The notes below the pieces were generated by a model. The model made no database searches. It was not told the origin of the DNA and was given only the letters and a program-made list of their open reading frames with translations. 64,000 nt of DNA from Candidatus Lloydbacteria bacterium RIFCSPHIGHO2_02_FULL_50_18 (GTDB lineage Bacteria; Patescibacteriota; Minisyncoccia; Phycocordibacterales; UBA6899), in NCBI GenBank assembly GCA_001821395.1, contig MHLM01000001.1:1-64000 (forward strand). The letters are read 5' to 3'. A program made the translations under genes and the position numbers. Below, in pieces: positions 36,553 to 46,385 of this stretch. Every line of letters begins with the position of its first letter. The first letter of the stretch is position 1.

Positions 36553-37779
36553 ATGTTTGATGTGATGAGCGCGTTTTTCGATAAGCCTTTTTTCCATCTC
36601 TTGGGGCAGATGTATGACATTGCTGCAGTTTTGGCATTCATATGGGGGCCGCTCGTTGCTGTTTGGCTCGCGCAAAAACTTTGGCTTGATTATGTTCGAC
36701 TGGATTTCATTCGAAAGAATTACGAATTCATTCTTCTTGAGATCAAGCTGCCGCGTACGATCGACAAAACCCCAATGGCGATGGAACTCGTACTACAGGC
36801 GCTCCATCAGGGTGGTACGTACAATTGGTACGACAAATGGTGGCTCGGAAAAGTAAGACCATGGTTTTCTCTCGAGATCGTTTCGATCGAGGGGGAAGTA
36901 AGGCTCTTGGTGCGCACACCCTCAAAATTCAAAAAATTGATCGAGAGTCATATCTATGCGCAATATCCGGATATTGAGGTCGTTGAGGTGCAGGACTACA
37001 TTTCGCTTGCACCGTATCTTCATGAAAAGAACGAGTGGAGTATGTGGGGCTGTGAGTTTGCGTTGACGAAACCCGACCCTTATCCGATAAAGACCTATGT
37101 TGATTACGGGCTCGATAAGGCCGGAACAAAAGAAGAATTTAAGAGTGATCCGATTACCTCAATGATCGAATTTCTCGGTAGCATTGGACGAGGTCAGCAG
37201 ATCTGGATGCAGATACTCGTACAGGCAAACGGTGATCGATATGCAACGCCGGGAAAATGGTTCAAGAAGCACAATTGGAAAGAGGAGGGGGGGAGACTCA
37301 TCAAGGAGTTGCAGGCAAAATATTCCGGCATCGATGGTGCGAAACCCTCAAAGTCGGAACAGGAAGCGATAGCGGCCATTGAGCGCTCACTGTCAAAGAT
37401 AGGATTCGATTGCGGAATTCGCACTATCTATATTGCGCAGAAGGAACATTTTGACCCATCAAACATTGCGGGGATTACCGGTGCATTTCGACAATATAGT
37501 TCTCCGACCTTGAATGGCTTCAGGCCGAGTAACACTCCCGGATTTAGCTATCCGTGGCAAGATATCAATGAATGGCGGGAATCGAAGCAGAAAAGAAAAT
37601 TATTCGACGCATACGTTCGTCGCTCGTACTTTTACGCTCCATACAAGAAGACGCCGTTCGTGCTCAATGCTGAGGAGCTCGCAACGATCTATCACTTCCC
37701 CGGTGGTGTCGCGGAGACACCGACATTCTCGCGCGTCGAATCAAGAAAGGGTGAACCCCCGTCTAATCTCCCTATATAA
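36553..37779 (+). CDS. Conserved hypothetical membrane-anchored protein (N-terminal TM, ~360-aa soluble domain ending ..EELATIYHFPGG)
   Basis: Clean 408-aa ORF 4 nt upstream of mltG. No Walker motifs and no family recognised. Confidence 0.7.
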   Translation: MFDVMSAFFDKPFFHLLGQMYDIAAVLAFIWGPLVAVWLAQKLWLDYVRLDFIRKNYEFILLEIKLPRTIDKTPMAMELVLQALHQGGTYNWYDKWWLGKVRPWFSLEIVSIEGEVRLLVRTPSKFKKLIESHIYAQYPDIEVVEVQDYISLAPYLHEKNEWSMWGCEFALTKPDPYPIKTYVDYGLDKAGTKEEFKSDPITSMIEFLGSIGRGQQIWMQILVQANGDRYATPGKWFKKHNWKEEGGRLIKELQAKYSGIDGAKPSKSEQEAIAAIERSLSKIGFDCGIRTIYIAQKEHFDPSNIAGITGAFRQYSSPTLNGFRPSNTPGFSYPWQDINEWRESKQKRKLFDAYVRRSYFYAPYKKTPFVLNAEELATIYHFPGGVAETPTFSRVESRKGEPPSNLPI

Positions 37780-37782
37780 TCC

Positions 37783-38814
37783 ATGATCGTAACACTCGAA
37801 AAGAAAGAGGAATTTGAGAATGGCGGAACGGCCATTCTTCCTCATTTGCCGGAAAAACGCACGCATCGGTTGTGGAAGATGGTCGGAGTTTTCATCGTAC
37901 TCCTCTGCGTAATCACCGTTGCTGCTGCTTGGTTCCTTGCTCTTTCACCGAGCGCTGAACGTAAAACGGTCACCGTGGAAATAGCGAGTGGAAGCGGCGT
38001 GAGGGGTATCGCATCCTTGCTTCACGATGAGGGTATCATCCGGTCTCCTCTTTTGTTTACGTTCCTTGCTCGCTATACGAAGGCAGATACGATGCTTGGC
38101 TCGGGAGTCTTTCAGTTTCAAATGCCTATGGATGTGTTTTCAGTGCTGACACAGGTGCGCTTGCATCGCTATGGAATAACGCGCTCGAAAATAACGATCC
38201 CTGAAGGGACACCGCTTTCGATTATGGCCGGGCTGTTTTCAGCATCCTTGCCTAATTTTGATAAGAGTAAGTTCCTTGACGAGACCGAGGGTATGGAGGG
38301 TTATCTATTCCCCGATACCTATTTTTTCTTTGTAAATGCCACCAGTGGACCCGTCATCGCAGTATTGTCGGACAATTTTATAAAAAAAACGGCGGTATTG
38401 AAGAGCGAGGCGGAGATCACTCATGGGAATTGGAATGAGGTGATAGTCATGGCGTCGCTTATCGAAGAGGAGGCGGTTACCGACATGGACCGAAAGATCA
38501 TTTCGGGTATCCTCTGGGCCCGGATCGCTCGAGGAATGAGGCTGCAAGTTGATGCGCCGTTCGTTTATTTTCTTGGAAAAGCTTCTTCCGAGATCACCAT
38601 CGATGATCTTTCTTATGATTCACCTTGGAACACCTATCGTTACAAGGGTCTTCCTCCCACACCCATCAGCAATCCCGGTCTTCTTGCTATCGACGCTGCA
38701 CTCCATCCGACTAAGACAAATTACCTGTTCTATCTGTCCGACAAAGAGGGCGTGATGCATTATGCAAAGACTTTTGAAGAGCACAAGTTGAATAAAGCGA
38801 AGTATCTATATTAA
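37783..38814 (+). CDS. mltG: Endolytic murein transglycosylase MltG (YceG family)
   Basis: N-terminal TM helix and the GLPPTPISNPG signature. Confidence 0.85.
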   Translation: MIVTLEKKEEFENGGTAILPHLPEKRTHRLWKMVGVFIVLLCVITVAAAWFLALSPSAERKTVTVEIASGSGVRGIASLLHDEGIIRSPLLFTFLARYTKADTMLGSGVFQFQMPMDVFSVLTQVRLHRYGITRSKITIPEGTPLSIMAGLFSASLPNFDKSKFLDETEGMEGYLFPDTYFFFVNATSGPVIAVLSDNFIKKTAVLKSEAEITHGNWNEVIVMASLIEEEAVTDMDRKIISGILWARIARGMRLQVDAPFVYFLGKASSEITIDDLSYDSPWNTYRYKGLPPTPISNPGLLAIDAALHPTKTNYLFYLSDKEGVMHYAKTFEEHKLNKAKYLY

Positions 38815-38824
38815 GATAGGCCAA

Positions 38825-40189
38825 ATGAATATCAACGCAATCACAAAGGCATATTTTATCGGAGTGGGAGGGATTGGTGTTTCCGCGATCGTGAGGCTTT
38901 TTGCGGGCAGGGGAATCATCGTTGCTGGATCGGACGGAACGTTTCCCGGTGCCGGCGCTCTTCCTTCAGGGCAGTATTTCGAGGGAGCAGACAGCAGTCA
39001 TGTTCCGTTTGACGCATCGGTTGTCATCTATTCGCCGGCGGTTCCTCCGACCAATGTTGAACGCATGCGCGCGGAAGAACTGGGGATTCCCACATTGTCA
39101 TATCCTGAGGCATTGGCGCTTGTGACGTCAGGCAGCGATACGATCGCGGTATCGGGAACGCACGGCAAGTCAACCACGACCGCACTGCTTGGAAAACTTT
39201 TTGAAGAAGGCGGCATGGATGCGTCAGTGATCGTTGGTGCGGAGGTTCCCGGCTGGGATCGCAATTATCACAAAGGTCGAGGAGATATGTTCATTGTGGA
39301 GGCATGCGAATACCGAAGGAATATGATGCACCTTTCGCCTCAGGCTATTCTGCTTACGAATCTTGAGCTCGACCACCCTGATTACTATCTTGATCTTGCC
39401 GATGTAAAGAGCGCATTCCGCGACTATATTAAAAAACTTTCCGGGGAAGATCTGCTTATTGTGAATAATGATGATGCAAATATTCGCGACGTGGTAAAAG
39501 GCTCAGATGCGATCATGGTGAGTTTCGGTGTGGGTGGCGGTGCAGATCTTATAGCGAGGAACATAAGAGAAGACGCGGCTGAACAATCATTCGAACTTAT
39601 ATGGAAAGGTACTTCAATAGGTGAGTTCTCAACGCCGCTCCCCGGTCTCTACAACGTCTACAACATTCTTGCAGCGACCGCAGTGTACCTTGCCTATGGA
39701 GGAAGTCGGGATCATATTCAGCCCGTGTTGACGACGTTCGTGGGCGTCGGAAGAAGATTTGAAGTCGTTGGCGAACTTGGTGCTGCTATCATCGTGTCTG
39801 ATTATGCGCACCATCCTACTGCGCTTACGGCGGTCGTTGATGCTGCGCTTTCACGCTACAGAGGAAAGAGTATCCTTACTGTTTTCCGTCCTCACCATCG
39901 CGAGCGTACGATCAAGCTGATGGACGAGTTTGTCGAAACCATGCTCGGTATTCCGCACTGTGTGCTTATCGAGATCTATGATGTCCCCGGGCGTGAAGAA
40001 AATACTCAGGTGAGTTCTCATGACATCATTGACCGCGTCTTCGCGCACGACCCGCAAAAAGATATTGTGTATGCAAAAGACCTTTCCGAAGCGGAAGGGG
40101 TCGTGAGGGGCAAAGCATCCCTGTTTGACGTCATTCTTATCGTCGGTGCGGGAGATGCAGATCAGCTTGCGAAGCGTCTTGTGTCGTAA
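38825..40189 (+). CDS. murC: UDP-N-acetylmuramate--L-alanine ligase
   Basis: FIGVGGIGVSAI N-terminus, Mur-ligase P-loop GTHGKSTTT and a C-terminal Mur ligase domain. Confidence 0.9.
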   Translation: MNINAITKAYFIGVGGIGVSAIVRLFAGRGIIVAGSDGTFPGAGALPSGQYFEGADSSHVPFDASVVIYSPAVPPTNVERMRAEELGIPTLSYPEALALVTSGSDTIAVSGTHGKSTTTALLGKLFEEGGMDASVIVGAEVPGWDRNYHKGRGDMFIVEACEYRRNMMHLSPQAILLTNLELDHPDYYLDLADVKSAFRDYIKKLSGEDLLIVNNDDANIRDVVKGSDAIMVSFGVGGGADLIARNIREDAAEQSFELIWKGTSIGEFSTPLPGLYNVYNILAATAVYLAYGGSRDHIQPVLTTFVGVGRRFEVVGELGAAIIVSDYAHHPTALTAVVDAALSRYRGKSILTVFRPHHRERTIKLMDEFVETMLGIPHCVLIEIYDVPGREENTQVSSHDIIDRVFAHDPQKDIVYAKDLSEAEGVVRGKASLFDVILIVGAGDADQLAKRLVS

Positions 40190-40207
40190 ATTCAGCTATT
40201 ACCTTGT

Positions 40208-40765
40208 ATGAAAAATGATCGTCTTGCATTTGTTGACCTTGAAATGACCGGGCTTGATCCGTTCCGCCATGAGATCATAGAGATCGGGATCATACTCGCA
40301 AAACAAAAGCAGGGGGAGGACGGAAGGCGGACATTAGAACTGATATCCGAACACAATATTCAGCTCATTCCGCTCTATATTGAACATGCCGACCCAAAGG
40401 GGCTTGAGGTGAACAAGTATCACTCGCGCGATTGGAGCCTTGCCGTTCCGCAAAAGGATGGACTGTCGCACGCTGCCGAACTCCTGGACGGTACGGTCTT
40501 CGTTGCGCAGAACGTCGCGCTCGATTGGGCATTCTTGCATTATGCGGGCGATAAGGTTGGTATCAATTTTGATAAGCTCGTACATTATCACAAGCTCGAT
40601 CTTGCTTCTATGGCATTTGGAAAATTGTACCATGACCCAAAGCTCTTTAAATTCAGCCTGCGTGAAATGACGGAATATTTTCACGTAGTCAATCAAGACG
40701 CACACACGGCGCTCGCCGATGCGCGAGCAACGTTCGAAGTGTGTAAAAAATTGCTTGCACAATGA
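40208..40765 (+). CDS. Stand-alone DnaQ-like 3'-5' exonuclease (DEDDh)
   Basis: FVDLEMTGLDP (Exo I), VAQNVALDWAFL (Exo II) and HTALADARAT (Exo III, DEDDh histidine). Confidence 0.8.
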   Translation: MKNDRLAFVDLEMTGLDPFRHEIIEIGIILAKQKQGEDGRRTLELISEHNIQLIPLYIEHADPKGLEVNKYHSRDWSLAVPQKDGLSHAAELLDGTVFVAQNVALDWAFLHYAGDKVGINFDKLVHYHKLDLASMAFGKLYHDPKLFKFSLREMTEYFHVVNQDAHTALADARATFEVCKKLLAQ

Positions 40766-40833
40766 TCTCACCACGGTTCGCTCCCGCCGAACGTTATACT
40801 TGAACGACACGCACGGTATGTTACTGTATCGTT

Positions 40834-41922
40834 ATGGCGCAGAAGATCCGAAAAGTCTTTGTGGGGATGAGCGGAGGAGTTGATTCCTCTGTGTCTGCTG
40901 CTCTGCTGCAAAGAGAAGGTTACGAGGTCGTTGGTGTTTTTATCAAGGTATGGCAAGCGGATTTTTTGCCGTGCACATGGAGAGAAGAGCGGCGTGATGC
41001 GATGCGCGCAGCCGCGCACCTTGGTATACCTTTGCTGACACTTGATTTGGAAAAGGAATACAAAGAGGGAGTTGTTGATTACATGATAAGGGAATACGGG
41101 GAGGGTCGTGTTCCTAATCCCGACGTCATGTGTAACAAACATGTGAAGTTCGGAGCATTTCTTGATTTTGCAAAAAAGAACGGCGCAGATGCTGTTGCGA
41201 CCGGACATTACGCTCGTGTAGAGCAAGACGACGTTGGGATGTTCCGCTTGTATAAGGGGGTTGACCAAGAAAAAGATCAATCATATTTCTTATGGACGCT
41301 CGATCAGGAGCAGCTTGCTCATGTCTTGTTTCCCATAGGGCATTTGGAGAAAAGTGAAGTACGACGACGAGCTCGAGAATTCGGTCTCTTGAATGCGCAA
41401 AAGAAAGATAGTCAGGGCCTCTGTTTTATGGGTACGATCGATATGAAGGATTTTCTCAAGCACTACCTGCATGCCGCTTCCGGTGCGGTTCTCGATACGA
41501 ACGGCGAGATCATCGGTACGCATGAAGGTGCGATGCTGTACACGATCGGGCAACGGCATGGATTTTTTACGACGAAACAGAGTGCGCATGAGTCGCCGTT
41601 ATTTGTTGTGGAGAAAGACATACAAAAAAACACCATCACTGTTGCTGCTGAGATGAACGTCGACTCAACACCGAATCATAGAGGCATCATACTATTGAAA
41701 GATCATAATTGGATCCCTGTTTCTCCCGACGTAGGGACACAAGTCGCTTGCGTTGCGCGTATTCGCTACAGAGGGGCGCTTCAACCCGCGGTCGTTCAAC
41801 GGGTCTCTATCGATCGGGTTTCGGTCACTCTATCGGTAAACGATGAATTTATCGCTGCGGGTCAGTCGATGGTATTTTACGAGGAGGATAGGTGTTTGGG
41901 AGGAGGGGTCATTGAGCGGTAG
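40834..41922 (+). CDS. mnmA: tRNA-specific 2-thiouridylase MnmA
   Basis: PP-loop SGGVDSSV and the NPDVMCN catalytic cysteine motif. Confidence 0.95.
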   Translation: MAQKIRKVFVGMSGGVDSSVSAALLQREGYEVVGVFIKVWQADFLPCTWREERRDAMRAAAHLGIPLLTLDLEKEYKEGVVDYMIREYGEGRVPNPDVMCNKHVKFGAFLDFAKKNGADAVATGHYARVEQDDVGMFRLYKGVDQEKDQSYFLWTLDQEQLAHVLFPIGHLEKSEVRRRAREFGLLNAQKKDSQGLCFMGTIDMKDFLKHYLHAASGAVLDTNGEIIGTHEGAMLYTIGQRHGFFTTKQSAHESPLFVVEKDIQKNTITVAAEMNVDSTPNHRGIILLKDHNWIPVSPDVGTQVACVARIRYRGALQPAVVQRVSIDRVSVTLSVNDEFIAAGQSMVFYEEDRCLGGGVIER

Positions 41923-41962
41923 GTTCTTGCGGAAGAGGTTGCGCGTGCGGTATCATTCACCA

Positions 41963-42442
41963 ATGAACAGAACAAATATTGCTCTTTTTGCATTGCTCGG
42001 GCTTATTTTTTGCTTTGCATTTTTGATTATCAGCGATCGCGATGTGCGATCTGAAGGAGGGCAGGCGGACGATAATTTAATAGTAGCTACTGATACAACA
42101 AATATGAACACAGCGATCGAGGGATTACAGATAGACATTCTTACTCCGGGTACCGGAGCCGGAGCGGAAAGCGGGCAGACGCTGATCGTTGATTATACCG
42201 GTATGTTGACCGATGGAACTATATTTGATTCAAGTATTCCTCGGGGGCAACCGTTCCCCGTGAATCTCGGCAGAGGTGAAGTGATCAGGGGCTGGGATCT
42301 TGGTCTTGTTGGTATGAAGGTCGGTGAAAAGCGGAAACTCACCATTTCTTCCGAGCTTGCGTACGGAAAAGAAGGATTTTCCGGGGTGATACCTCCGAAT
42401 GCAACACTCGTTTTCGAAATTACACTAAAAGCGATACAATAG
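41963..42442 (+). CDS. Membrane-anchored FKBP-type peptidyl-prolyl cis-trans isomerase
   Basis: N-terminal TM anchor, then FDSS..G.PF.V.LG.GEVIRGWDLGLVGMKVGEKRKL and LVFEI FKBP motifs. ORF 41843 trimmed to MNRTN. Confidence 0.85.
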   Translation: MNRTNIALFALLGLIFCFAFLIISDRDVRSEGGQADDNLIVATDTTNMNTAIEGLQIDILTPGTGAGAESGQTLIVDYTGMLTDGTIFDSSIPRGQPFPVNLGRGEVIRGWDLGLVGMKVGEKRKLTISSELAYGKEGFSGVIPPNATLVFEITLKAIQ

Positions 42443-42447
42443 GGCAT

Positions 42448-42897
42448 ATGATGAAATGGCCATTCTTTATCGTACTTGCTATCTCCGGGGGAATTCTTTG
42501 GTATCTGTACACGAACCTCGATAATTCCGCTCTTACGTCGAACGGCACCGCTACGAGCGGAATACAGAGCGTTATCGCGGTCACACATTCGTACCAGGAC
42601 GGCGTGCATCGTTTTTCGGGAGAGATCAAGCTTTCTCATTCGTGCTATTCGATCGATACTCAGACGGTTTCGGATCCCAAGTCGGAAGATCGATTGGTCA
42701 TAAAGATCACGACGACCGATCATTTCCTTGAACGCTCTACCTGCGCGAAATTTTCAACGCGCTACGAGTTCCAGGTTATCGCAGAAGCTCCTAAGGATGT
42801 CGCTTACACGTTACAGGTCGATGGCAAAGAGCTTCCGATACGCACGAGCAACGTGGATTGGAATAATCCGAACGCATTTTTTGTGAACCCGCGCTAA
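42448..42897 (+). CDS. Hypothetical membrane-anchored (secreted-side) protein
   Basis: N-terminal TM helix and a ~120-aa soluble domain. No family recognised. Confidence 0.55.
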   Translation: MMKWPFFIVLAISGGILWYLYTNLDNSALTSNGTATSGIQSVIAVTHSYQDGVHRFSGEIKLSHSCYSIDTQTVSDPKSEDRLVIKITTTDHFLERSTCAKFSTRYEFQVIAEAPKDVAYTLQVDGKELPIRTSNVDWNNPNAFFVNPR

Positions 42898-42898
42898 C

Positions 42899-43750
42899 AT
42901 GTACACTCCTTCGCATCCACCAATTTCGGTCATAAAAATGACCGGAGAGCGTGAAAATTGGGATAGAACCAAGCTTGAACGCTCGCTGCGTTTTGCAAAG
43001 GCATCGGACGAACTCATCAGAGAGATCGTTCTTCATATTGAAAAAGATCTTCATGACGGCATGCGCACGGTTGATATCTATGAACATGCATTCAATCTCT
43101 TAAAAAAATATCATCGGCCTGCGGCGGCTGAGTATAGTATCAAGCGCGCGATATTGCAGCTTGGTCCGTCCGGTTTCCCGTTCGAGCGCTTTGTTGCGCA
43201 CATTCTTGAAGCACAAGGATACAGTACACGCGTCGGGGTGATGGTGAGCGGCGTGTGTGTTACGCATGAAGTCGATGTCGTCGCGGAGAAGAAAGACGAA
43301 CGCATCCTCGTTGAGGCGAAATTTCACAACTCCGCTTCCATCAAGTCCGACGTAAAGGTCGCGCTCTATGTGCATGCGCGATTTCAGGATATTCAAAAGA
43401 GACTCGACCTTGAAGAGCAAACGGAGCGTTACACGCATGCATGGCTTATCACAAATACGGAATTTACCTCTCAGGCGATCCAGTACGGCAGTTGTGTGGG
43501 GCTTGCGATGACCGGGTGGAATTATCCGAAAGGGCATACGCTTCAAGACCTTATTCAGGCGACCCAAACCCATCCTGTTACCTGTATGACCACGCTCTCC
43601 GATAAGCAAAAAATCGATCTGCTCAATCATGGCACAGTGCTGGTCCGTGAGGTCGTAGATGATTCTTCTCGTTTGGCGAAAATCGGTATCGGGAAGCAGC
43701 AGATCGCCTCCATCGTGAGCGAGGGCAAAGCATTGTTCAAAGCTGCATAG
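42899..43750 (+). CDS. ATP-cone domain fused to PD-(D/E)xK (Mrr-like restriction-endonuclease fold) domain protein
   Basis: N-terminal VIKMTGERENWDRTKLERSLRFA is ATP-cone-like. Central GYSTRVGVMVSGVCVTHEVDVVAEKKDERILVEAKFHN carries the D...EAK nuclease motif. Confidence 0.75.
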   Translation: MYTPSHPPISVIKMTGERENWDRTKLERSLRFAKASDELIREIVLHIEKDLHDGMRTVDIYEHAFNLLKKYHRPAAAEYSIKRAILQLGPSGFPFERFVAHILEAQGYSTRVGVMVSGVCVTHEVDVVAEKKDERILVEAKFHNSASIKSDVKVALYVHARFQDIQKRLDLEEQTERYTHAWLITNTEFTSQAIQYGSCVGLAMTGWNYPKGHTLQDLIQATQTHPVTCMTTLSDKQKIDLLNHGTVLVREVVDDSSRLAKIGIGKQQIASIVSEGKALFKAA

Positions 43751-43823
43751 CACAGACCACTTTTGTCTGCGGTGTATTTCCTGATGTGTTGTATTCATTA
43801 TGGGGAGAGGTATAATGGCAAGC

Positions 43824-44341
43824 ATATGGAATTATTTGCAGTATCGCAGTGGGAGATCATTCTTCGCCTCACTGTTGCGGTTGTGCTTGGGCTTGCGGTG
43901 GGTGCTGAACGTTCACGCGTCGGAAAACGAGCAGGGATGCGCACCTATGCGCTCGTATGTCTTGGGGCCGCACTCTTTATTGTTATTGCGGGGATGGTTT
44001 CGTTCCAGTATGCGAATACCTTTGTGTTCGACCCGCTGCGCGTCGCTTCCCAGGTCGTCGTTGGTATCGGGTTTCTGGGTGCAGGGATCATTTATGTTCA
44101 GCGTCAGGTTCTTACCGGACTTACGACAGCGGCAGGTCTTTGGGTAGTTGCGGGAGTCGGTGCGGCATGCGGATACGGACTTTATGTTGTCGCAGCCTAC
44201 GTCACATTTCTGACATTAGTGATCTTTGAGGGTCTCTGGTATGTCGAGGAGCGTTTTATTCGTATCGCTCGAACAGATGTGGAAGAGGATTTTATTCAAA
44301 GTGCTACGCATAATCGGCCTCACCATGAAGAAGAAAGTTAG
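43824..44341 (+). CDS. mgtC: MgtC/SapB-family membrane protein
   Basis: LTTAAGLWVVAGVGAACGYG signature and 4-5 TM helices. ORF 43763 trimmed to MELFAV. Confidence 0.8.
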
Positions 44342-45191
44342 AAAAGCGGTCATTGCGGTTGCCGGAAGCGGCACGCGTTTTCTGCCGGCGACAAAAGCTC
44401 AGCCAAAGGAGATGCTTCCTATCGTCGACAAACCGATCGTTCAATATGTTGTTGAAGAATTGGTCAGCGCGGGTATCACGGATATCATTCTTGTTACAAA
44501 GTGGGACAAAAAAACGCTTGAGGACCACTTTGATCGCTCGATCGAGCTTGAGCATTCACTTGAAGAGGCGGGAAAGTTAAAGTTGCTCCATGACATTCGC
44601 AAGATCTCATCAATGGCGAACTTCATTTATGTTCGTCAAAAAGGTCCCTATGGGAATGGTACGCCCATTCTCTCCGCCGCGAGCTTGTTGAACGATGAGC
44701 CGTTCGTATTCGCTTGGGGTGACGACCTTGTTCTGTCGAAAACTTCATTCACAAAACAGCTTATCGAAAATTATGAGATCAATGCGTGCCCCGTTATCGG
44801 AGTGCAGAAAGTTGCAAAGGATCATGTGAATCGATACGGTATCGTCAAATTGAAGAAGGGTACTCGTGAGATGGAGGATGTGATAGAAAAACCAAAGATC
44901 GAGGATGCGCCGTCCCAGTTGGCTCAGTTCGGGAGAATGATCCTTACTCCGGAGATCATACACATCTTACAAAAGACCAAACTCGGAAAAGGCGGTGAGC
45001 TATGGGTTACCGACGCCATCAGCGAATATATCAAGCAGGGGGGTAAGTTCATGGTCGAAGAGGTGAAAGATGGAAAGTGGCTTACGACCGGAGACCCGCT
45101 TAACTATCTAAAGGCCATGGTGGAGTATGCGATCGTTCGTGATGATATCGGTGATGAATTCAAGGCATTTCTGAGGGACCTTCATCTCTAG
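44324..45191 (+). CDS. galU: UTP--glucose-1-phosphate uridylyltransferase
   Basis: KAVIAVAGSGTRFLPATKAQPKEMLPIVDKP N-terminal signature. ORF 44226 trimmed to MKKKVRK. Confidence 0.9.
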
Positions 45192-45294
45192 TTTATCCTC
45201 ACCCATTCACCTTGTCACGAGCCGAACCCCCTGTCTTCGTTCCTCGGCATAACGGTGCTCGGTCAGCGCGATCCCAATCAGCTATACATTTTTT

Positions 45295-46311
45295 GTGATA
45301 ACTCATACAACAAAACCCATAGTCGGACTGCTTCCTGTCGCGCTTGCACTCATGGGAAATATTTTTGTTGCCATTATTAAATTTTTTGGTTTTACAATAT
45401 CTGGTTCTGGTGCGATGTTCTCAGAATCAGTACATAGCGTCGCGGATACAGTGAACCAATCACTTCTCCTGTTCGGAATTCGTCGCTCAAGACGTCGCCC
45501 AGATGAAGGATTTTCATACGGATATGGAAAGGAGCGTTTCTTTTGGGCGCTCATATCCGCTTGTGGAATATTTTTTCTTGGAGCCGGTGTGACCGTCTAT
45601 CATGGAATAGAACTGCTCATCACGAAGGAAATGCCCGAGCTGTCCCCGATGGTATTCATCATTCTGTTTGTCTCTTTTGTCGTTGAGTCGTTCACACTAT
45701 TCATTGCATGGCGTGAGTTAAAACGGAGTAACGTCGACCGTACATTTGCCGAGGCACTACTGCATGGTGATCCGAGTACCATTGCCGTTTTGTATGAGGA
45801 TGGAGTCGCCGTTCTTGGAGTGCTCGTTGCGCTCGTGAGTTTGACCCTGACGGTACTCACTGGCAATGCGATCTGGGATGCCGTTGGCTCCATTCTTGTT
45901 GGCTTATTGCTTGGCGTCGTGGCCATAATTCTTATTCAAAAAAATCACAAGTATCTGATCGGTATGAATATTCCCGATGAGATTAGGATGCGCATCATTG
46001 AAATACTGGAAGCGGATCCGACCATCGATCGCGTACTTGATTTCAAGTCGTCAGTGCTTGATGTTGGGATTTACCACATAAAATGTGAAATAGAATTCAA
46101 CGGGTCTGCACTCATGTACGAGGTCGCCAAGAGGGGTGAGTTACGCGATGAATATGATTCAATTCGCGATGATTATTCCGAGTTTTTAAAACTCGTTGTT
46201 GGATATTTTGGTCGGGTCCCAAGACTCATGGGTTCTCACATCGATAGGCTTGAAAAGATCGTTCAAAAAGAGATACCTGAGATCAGGCATATCGATATTG
46301 AGATCAACTAG
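45295..46311 (+). CDS. Cation diffusion facilitator (CDF) family metal efflux transporter
   Basis: Six TM helices with the HSVADT metal-binding motif, plus a C-terminal cytoplasmic domain. Confidence 0.85.
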   Translation: MITHTTKPIVGLLPVALALMGNIFVAIIKFFGFTISGSGAMFSESVHSVADTVNQSLLLFGIRRSRRRPDEGFSYGYGKERFFWALISACGIFFLGAGVTVYHGIELLITKEMPELSPMVFIILFVSFVVESFTLFIAWRELKRSNVDRTFAEALLHGDPSTIAVLYEDGVAVLGVLVALVSLTLTVLTGNAIWDAVGSILVGLLLGVVAIILIQKNHKYLIGMNIPDEIRMRIIEILEADPTIDRVLDFKSSVLDVGIYHIKCEIEFNGSALMYEVAKRGELRDEYDSIRDDYSEFLKLVVGYFGRVPRLMGSHIDRLEKIVQKEIPEIRHIDIEIN

Positions 46312-46385
46312 GATGGCGACACGCGAGGGTTGCGGGGCCGAACTTTTTCGCTTTTAGTAAGATATTTTCGTATACTAACAGTGTT

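Noticed and set aside
43100-43825. 241-aa minus-strand ORF
   Set aside because: It overlaps the ATP-cone/nuclease gene completely on the opposite strand, and I recognise no homology.
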